A stretch of DNA of 51,015 bases, counting the filler, from Sphacelaria rigidula (lineage: Eukaryota): NCBI GenBank assembly GCA_964200075.2. It is 3 parts of 3 records of this genome, joined end to end, with 100 filler letters (N's around TTAATTAATTAA, not from the genome) between each part and the next. Parts side by side here need not be neighbours in the genome. Positions count along the whole stretch, not along the records: positions 34,080 to 51,015 come from CAXNAA020001212.1; 2 more parts are not named here. One strand, 5' to 3'. Below the pieces are notes generated by a model. It searched no databases. It was not told the DNA's origin and was given only the letters and a program-made list of their open reading frames with translations. The position numbers were made by a program, and so were the translations under genes. Positions 50,918-51,015 of this stretch are shown here, piece by piece (positions within the stretch are counted from its first letter, which is position 1; each line of letters opens with the position of its first letter).

Positions 50918-51015
50918 GAGTCATCCTACGATAGGGGGGGGGGGGGGGTGTGGGCTGCCGTTTAACAGCTTCCTATCATGCTTGATGGAATTGCTCCCCC
51001 ATCCATTTGGGGCGG
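50918..51015. mobile_element. Family C element inserted into the 3' LTR, truncated by the window end
   Basis: LTR-LTR identity stops where gagtcatcctacgataggg-polyG begins. The same 19-mer occurs at 33724. Confidence 0.7.

Overview
Eukaryotic, intron-rich DNA of roughly 50% GC. Gene and repeat style suggests a stramenopile, probably a brown alga (inference). The window is not one locus. It is three contigs of nearly equal, descending length (1-16940, 17041-33979, 34080-51015) joined by artificial 100-nt N44-TTAATTAATTAA-N44 spacers. Contig 1 holds 10 phase-consistent exons of a large minus-strand gene, with MITEs, two tRNA-headed SINE-like copies and other repeats in its introns. Contig 2 holds the 5' end of a minus-strand gene with a YELERLEKIRRN...LGL motif, a divergently transcribed complete 5-exon GT4 glycosyltransferase gene (982 aa), and exons of a gene with an IQ-like motif. 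Contig 3 is mostly a large (at least 14.2 kb) decayed Ty3/Gypsy LTR retrotransposon with order gag-CCHC, PR, RT, RH, INT. Its integrase tail carries a chromodomain followed by an apparent Tudor-like domain. It also has a 41-bp tandem array in the 3' UTR and three nested DNA-transposon insertions, two of them with Sola-like GAG termini. No CRISPR, rRNA or intact tRNA was found. All calls were made by eye, without database searches.
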